Source: Verrucomicrobiota bacterium
GTDB lineage: Bacteria; Verrucomicrobiota; Verrucomicrobiia; Limisphaerales; SIBH01
NCBI GenBank assembly: GCA_038205745.1
Contig: JBBRBM010000003.1
Coordinates: forward strand, 3,879 to 67,878
Length of the DNA: 64,000 nucleotides
Direction: 5' to 3'
Numbering within the stretch: position 1 is the stretch's first letter; the number at the start of each line of letters is the position of its first letter. Of the stretch, positions 59,898 through 64,000 are shown one piece after another. Below the pieces are notes generated by a model. The model was not told where the DNA came from. It did not search any database and saw nothing but the letters and a program-made list of their open reading frames with translations. The translations under genes were made by a program, and so were the position numbers.

Positions 59898-61781
59898 TTA
59901 GAGCTTGAGCGGGTTCTTCAGAGCGACGTGCATCTGGAACGTGAACGTGTCGCCGTCCGGCACGACCGACCCGCCAGGAGGAAAGCCAGTGTTGGTGGAA
60001 ACGAACATGGAACTCGCCTTCAATTCCTTCTCGATCATGTAGGCGAGTTCAAGATTTGAATCCGCCTTGCCGGTGCGCTGCACCAGATCGACCGCGCGCA
60101 CAACGAGAGTGATCGTCTCGCACGGAACGCCTGCAGCGGCGCTCCCGCCAGCCATCGTTCCACCATCTCCACGACGCCTGTTCGGACCACCGCCACCGCC
60201 ATCCAACTGAGGGGGGCCGCCGCCACCGCCGCCGGGGCGACCTCTGCGTCCACCGAATCCGGGAGGAGGCGTGGAAGGTGGCGGTGCGGCCGCTCCGGCC
60301 ACCGGCGCCCGACCACTGCAATCCGGAACGAACTGCTCGATCCAAACACCCGTCTCGACTTTGAACTGCTCACTCGCCTTTCGTTCAGTCGCGATGAGGA
60401 TGCTGCGGAAATTCGTCAGCACATTCCCCCAGTAAGGCTTGTCGTTCAGCCACTCGACAAACTGTGCCGCCCGCCCCTGCGTCACATTGAGCACCTTGAG
60501 CTCGCGATCCAGCTTTTCGCTCGCCGCCTTCAGCTTGGCGACTTCGCCCTGCAACCGGTCTCGCGATGCCGTCTTCGACTCCGCGATCTGGTTGTAGAAA
60601 AATCCGTAGGCCCACACGATCGCCACCACACAAGCCATCGTCGCGACGAAGTAAGGTTTCTTCGCGCCGAACTCGCGACCCTTCACCGCACTCTTCGGCA
60701 TGAGGTTCAGCTCGACGGGGCAATGCGCGAGGTTGCGCAGTCCAAGACCGACGAGTTCGCCCATCTGGTGGCCGATCTTCGCGAGTTCCTCGATGTTCAC
60801 CGAGGGATCGATCTGCACGTTGCGCAGCGGATTGAAGTACTCCACCGGCAGGTTCAATTTCTCCGCGAAGAACTGCGCCGTGTAAGGCATCGCAGACGCG
60901 CCGCCCGACAGGAACAATCGCACTGGAGCCGCCCCGCCCTGCTGGCCGCGATAGAATTGAACCGTCTGGTTCACCTGGATGTGCAACCGCGTCATCACTT
61001 GACGCGCGATTTTCGAAATCGCCTGCTGCGCTGGATCGTCCGGCTCCTCATAAGCGCCGCCGAGACTGACAAACCCTTGAGAGATCTTCAGCTCTTCCGC
61101 CGCGTCGTAGCTCAGCTTTGATTCTTTCGCGAAATCGACGGTGATGGAGTTCGCGCCGATGTTGATGCCGCGCGCGTAAACATTCTCCTTGTCGAAAAAC
61201 AGCAGGTTGCTCGTCTTCGCACCAATATCGAGCAGCATCGTGCAGCCCTCGATATCGCCGTAGTTGTAACGGAAGGCGTTGGCGAGAGCCGCTGGAGAAA
61301 CATCCACGACACCTAGCTTCAGGCCGGCCTTCTCCGTCGTGCGGAAAAGTCCCTCGACGATCTCCGTCTTGATCGCCACGAGCAACACTTCGAGCTCGCC
61401 CGTCGGCGTCGCACCAAGAATCTGGTAATCCCAAACGACCTCTTCGAGCGGGAACGGAACGTTCTGCTGCGCCTCGTACTGAATGATCTGGGGAACCTTC
61501 GAGTTATCGACTGGTGGCAGCTTGACGAATTTCGAGAAGACGTGAAAACCCGGCGCGCAAACGTTCGCCTGCTTCGAGCCCGTGCCGCACTCGGCGAGCA
61601 CTTCCGCGAGCGCTTTTTGGATGACCGGTTCGCGCGTGCTCTCCTGCATCGCCTCGGGGCCAAGCGCGCGGAACGCGTAATGACTCAGGCGCAGCCCCCC
61701 GGCTTCGTTCGGCTCAAACGCCGCGACCTTGAGCGTCGAAGCCCCAAGATCCAGCGCCAAAAATGATTTCGCGTTCAGCAT
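59898..61781 (-). CDS. pilM: Type IV pilus assembly PilM (actin-like ATPase fold) fused to a PilN-like TM/coiled-coil segment and a C-terminal periplasmic domain
   Basis: ATG 61781 gives MLNAKSFLALDLGASTLKVAAFE..., a typical PilM start. After ~360 aa comes the TM PYFVATMACVVAIVWAYGFFY plus a coiled coil (PilN-like). A G/P/R-rich linker and a ~76-aa terminal domain follow. The stop lies 1 nt from the next start. Confidence 0.8.
   Translation of the reverse strand: MLNAKSFLALDLGASTLKVAAFEPNEAGGLRLSHYAFRALGPEAMQESTREPVIQKALAEVLAECGTGSKQANVCAPGFHVFSKFVKLPPVDNSKVPQIIQYEAQQNVPFPLEEVVWDYQILGATPTGELEVLLVAIKTEIVEGLFRTTEKAGLKLGVVDVSPAALANAFRYNYGDIEGCTMLLDIGAKTSNLLFFDKENVYARGINIGANSITVDFAKESKLSYDAAEELKISQGFVSLGGAYEEPDDPAQQAISKIARQVMTRLHIQVNQTVQFYRGQQGGAAPVRLFLSGGASAMPYTAQFFAEKLNLPVEYFNPLRNVQIDPSVNIEELAKIGHQMGELVGLGLRNLAHCPVELNLMPKSAVKGREFGAKKPYFVATMACVVAIVWAYGFFYNQIAESKTASRDRLQGEVAKLKAASEKLDRELKVLNVTQGRAAQFVEWLNDKPYWGNVLTNFRSILIATERKASEQFKVETGVWIEQFVPDCSGRAPVAGAAAPPPSTPPPGFGGRRGRPGGGGGGPPQLDGGGGGPNRRRGDGGTMAGGSAAAGVPCETITLVVRAVDLVQRTGKADSNLELAYMIEKELKASSMFVSTNTGFPPGGSVVPDGDTFTFQMHVALKNPLKL
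60129..60314 (-). other. Gly/Pro/Arg-rich low-complexity linker in the PilM/N fusion
   Basis: GRAPVAGAAAPPPSTPPPGFGGRRGRPGGGGGGPPQLDGGGGGPNRRRGDGGTMAGGSAAAG. Confidence 0.85.
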
Positions 61782-61997
61782 CGCACAATATGCGACCACA
61801 TCGCTGCGCACTGCGCCAGACGATGCGGAGTCCCGCTGCGTACCCTATTCGCAACAATACGGTCAAACAGAAAACTTATTCCGGTGATACTCGCGCAATT
61901 TATGGCGCAAGTTTTCTGGCAAGACGCGCGATGCGTTTTGAAGTTACACGGCGGAGCGGGAAAACAAAAATTTCCGCCGGTCAGGAAACGACAGCAT

Positions 61998-64000
61998 TCA
62001 CAGAACGCGTTGCGTTGAAGGAAATGCCTTGCTCAGCGCTGCCGCGGTGAAACTGCTCGGACTCGATTTGATTTGTTCCACGGTGCCTTGCGCCACGATT
62101 TCGCCGCCGCGATCTCCCGCCTCCAGGCCGAGATCGATGATCCAATCAGCACACGAGATCAGTTCGAGGTTGTGTTCAATGACAAGCAGCGAGTGACCCT
62201 CTTCCACCAATCGCTGGAAAACCTCGACCAACACGCGAACGTCATCGAAGTGCAATCCCGTCGTCGGTTCGTCGAAGATGAAGAGCTTGTTCGTGGTTTG
62301 TTGTTCGTTGGTCGTTGTGAACTCAGCGAGATGGCTGACGAGTTTCAATCGCTGGCTCTCGCCGCCGGACAACGTGTTGATCGGCTGCCCCGAACGCAGA
62401 TAGCCAAGCCCCACCTCCTGCAACAGCTTCAACGCACCCAGCGCGCGCTGCTGGTGGCGCGACTCCGGCAAACCGCGCAGGAACTCCACGCCTTCGTCGA
62501 TCGTTGCATCGAGGAAATCGCCGATGCTCCATGAGAGTGAGTCAGTATTCAGTGCAGGCGGCTCCGGCACTGATTCACTGATTACTACCTTACTCTCCAC
62601 CTTCACTTCCAGAATGTGCTCGCGATACCGCCGCCCATCGCACTCACCGCAGCGAATGAACACGTCGCTCAAAAACTGCATTTCGATTTTCTCGAAGCCC
62701 GCGCCTTTGCACTTCTCGCATTGGCCCTGGCCGGAGTTGAAACTGAACGCGCTCGCATTCAAACCGCGTTGCTTCGCTTCTTCTGTCATCGCGAACAACT
62801 CGCGAATCGATTCAAAAGCACCGACGTAAACCGCGGGGTTCGATCTTGGCGTGCGGCCGAGCGACGATTGGTCCACCAGAACAACACTGTTGAGCGATTC
62901 GTAGCCGCTGATCGTACAGGCGGGACAGGCAGTCGAATCCGCATCTTCTTCCTGTTCTTCATCCGCGCCGGTAGCGGCGGCGACATCAGGCCCGAGTTTT
63001 TGCTGGAGCAGTGGAAACAAAACTTCGCGCGCGAGCGTGGTCTTTCCCGATCCGCTCACGCCGGTGAGACAAACGAATCGGCCCAAAGGAATCTCGACCG
63101 TCACGTTGTTCAAGTTGTGCGTGCTCGCGTTCTCAATACGCAGCTTCGCCGTGCGCCGATCAACATGCCGCGGTTCGCGTGCCGGGATTTGCGTGCGACC
63201 GCTGAGGTATTTGCCGGTCAGCGATTCATTGGATCGCAGCAACTTGTCGAACGGACCTTGGAAAACAATCTGCCCACCGCTCTCGCCGTGTCCCGGCCCA
63301 AGATCAACAACGTGATCCGCTGCGCGCATCACCGCCGGCTCATGCTCCACGACGATCACCGTGTTCCCAATGTCGCGCAACTGTTCGAGGATGCGCACGA
63401 GTCGTTCCGTGTCGCGCGGATGCAGTCCGACACTCGGCTCATCGAGCACGTACAGCGTGTTCACCAGTCGCGTGCCGAGACACGTCGTGAGATTCACCCG
63501 CTCCGTTTCGCCGCCCGACAACGTGCGCGTCGAACGATCCAGCGTGAGATAACCCAGTCCCACTTCGTTCAAATAACCAAGCCGCGCCCGCACTTCACCG
63601 AGCGCGAAACGAAACGGATCAATGTTGCGCGGCTGAACTTCAGTTGCGCTTCGCGGACGAGAAAGCGAACCCGGCAACGCGTCATTCAGCGCAAACCTTT
63701 CCGTCGGAGTCGACGTGAGGAGACTCTGATCATACCGAACAGAAGAGTGAGTCTCGTCACCTCGACTCCTGCGAGACGTATTTGGGGTGATCGCTCGGTC
63801 GATGAACCCCACCGCATCCCGGATCGCGAACTGATAAAAATCCGCGAGCGTCAATCCCTTCAGCTTGTAGAGCAACGCATCGGGTTGAAACCGTTTGCCA
63901 TGACAATCCGGGCACGTCACGTAAGCACGATACCGCGCCAGCAAAACGCGCACGTGCATCTTGTACGCCTTCGATTCGAGCCAGCGAAAATAGCCTTTGA
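61998..64000 (-). CDS. uvrA: Excinuclease ABC subunit A (UvrA or a UvrA-family paralogue), 5'-truncated by the window edge
   Basis: CPDCHGKRF and CEKCKGAGF...CGECDGRRY are zinc modules. ABC signatures are TLSGGETERVNL and TLSGGESQRLKL. Walker A is GVSGSGKTTL. Walker B motifs are LYVLDEPSVGLH and LFIFDEPTTGLH. The frame stays open beyond the ORF-track Met (63959) to nt 64000 (...KGYFRWLESKAYK-MHVRV...). Confidence 0.85.
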   Translation of the reverse strand, partial: KGYFRWLESKAYKMHVRVLLARYRAYVTCPDCHGKRFQPDALLYKLKGLTLADFYQFAIRDAVGFIDRAITPNTSRRSRGDETHSSVRYDQSLLTSTPTERFALNDALPGSLSRPRSATEVQPRNIDPFRFALGEVRARLGYLNEVGLGYLTLDRSTRTLSGGETERVNLTTCLGTRLVNTLYVLDEPSVGLHPRDTERLVRILEQLRDIGNTVIVVEHEPAVMRAADHVVDLGPGHGESGGQIVFQGPFDKLLRSNESLTGKYLSGRTQIPAREPRHVDRRTAKLRIENASTHNLNNVTVEIPLGRFVCLTGVSGSGKTTLAREVLFPLLQQKLGPDVAAATGADEEQEEDADSTACPACTISGYESLNSVVLVDQSSLGRTPRSNPAVYVGAFESIRELFAMTEEAKQRGLNASAFSFNSGQGQCEKCKGAGFEKIEMQFLSDVFIRCGECDGRRYREHILEVKVESKVVISESVPEPPALNTDSLSWSIGDFLDATIDEGVEFLRGLPESRHQQRALGALKLLQEVGLGYLRSGQPINTLSGGESQRLKLVSHLAEFTTTNEQQTTNKLFIFDEPTTGLHFDDVRVLVEVFQRLVEEGHSLLVIEHNLELISCADWIIDLGLEAGDRGGEIVAQGTVEQIKSSPSSFTAAALSKAFPSTQRVL

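Noticed and set aside
60165-60173. RGD tripeptides in the PilM/N linker (60165-60173), in UvrA (SRGDET) and in the 1079-aa protein (GRGDAV), as possible integrin-binding motifs.
   Set aside because: A tripeptide is expected by chance in Arg/Gly/Asp-rich proteins of this total length. One occurrence is in a cytoplasmic repair protein.
61949-61979. Inverted repeat cggcgga/tccgccg (7 bp, 17-nt loop) downstream of the uvrA stop, as a possible terminator.
   Set aside because: The stem is short and the loop is large. The T-run falls in the loop rather than after the stem. This is too weak to call a terminator.
1-64000. Search for mobile elements, prophage or integrase genes, IS inverted repeats, tRNA/rRNA genes and CRISPR arrays.
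   Set aside because: No transposase, integrase or phage-like ORF was recognised. No cloverleaf-compatible or rRNA-like non-coding stretch was found: non-coding DNA totals only about 1.3 kb, in spacers of 345 nt or less. No regularly spaced repeat array lies outside coding sequence.

Overview
GC-rich, almost fully coding 64-kb chromosomal segment. The gene content suggests a Verrucomicrobiota/PVC-type diderm bacterium: an H-X9-DG pseudopilin, an Amuc_1100-type pilMNOPQ-like operon, and multi-thousand-residue Calx-beta/delta-60-repeat proteins. This is inference only, because no rRNA or tRNA gene is present. There are three blocks. (i) 1.36-6.34 kb, + strand: four genes (the last three overlapping start/stop) encode three small all-helical WXG100-like proteins and a 1278-aa protein with three tandem FtsK/SpoIIIE P-loop domains. 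That is the defining gene pair of type VII (ESX/Ess) secretion, here in an unexpected lineage and in a stripped-down form with no visible membrane anchor. It is followed by an FkbM methyltransferase, two glycosyltransferases, and then unrelated envelope/housekeeping genes (PDZ protein, GH62-like hydrolase, DUF1570-like HExxH protein, small membrane protein, coaE). (ii) 13.8-54.2 kb, - strand: three consecutive giant secreted proteins of 4808, 2742 and 3761 aa cover 33,942 nt, 53% of the window. They are built from Calx-beta modules, delta-60 beta-propeller arrays, kexin-type P domains and DUF11 repeats. A 1079-aa beta-helix-like protein and two secreted proteins of unknown function lie upstream. 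The four largest proteins all end in the same ~70-80-aa C-terminal domain carrying an aromatic-aromatic-R-[LV]-basic motif at or within a few residues of the C-terminus, a candidate sorting tag. (iii) 55.3-61.8 kb, - strand, directly upstream and co-directional: a PilM/PilN fusion, an Amuc_1100-like protein in the PilO position, a PilP-position protein and a secretin. Three of these carry Gly/Arg-rich low-complexity inserts. The window ends inside uvrA. I recognised no mobile elements, CRISPR arrays, rRNA or tRNA genes. All domain calls come from motif recognition by eye and none was verified by a database search.
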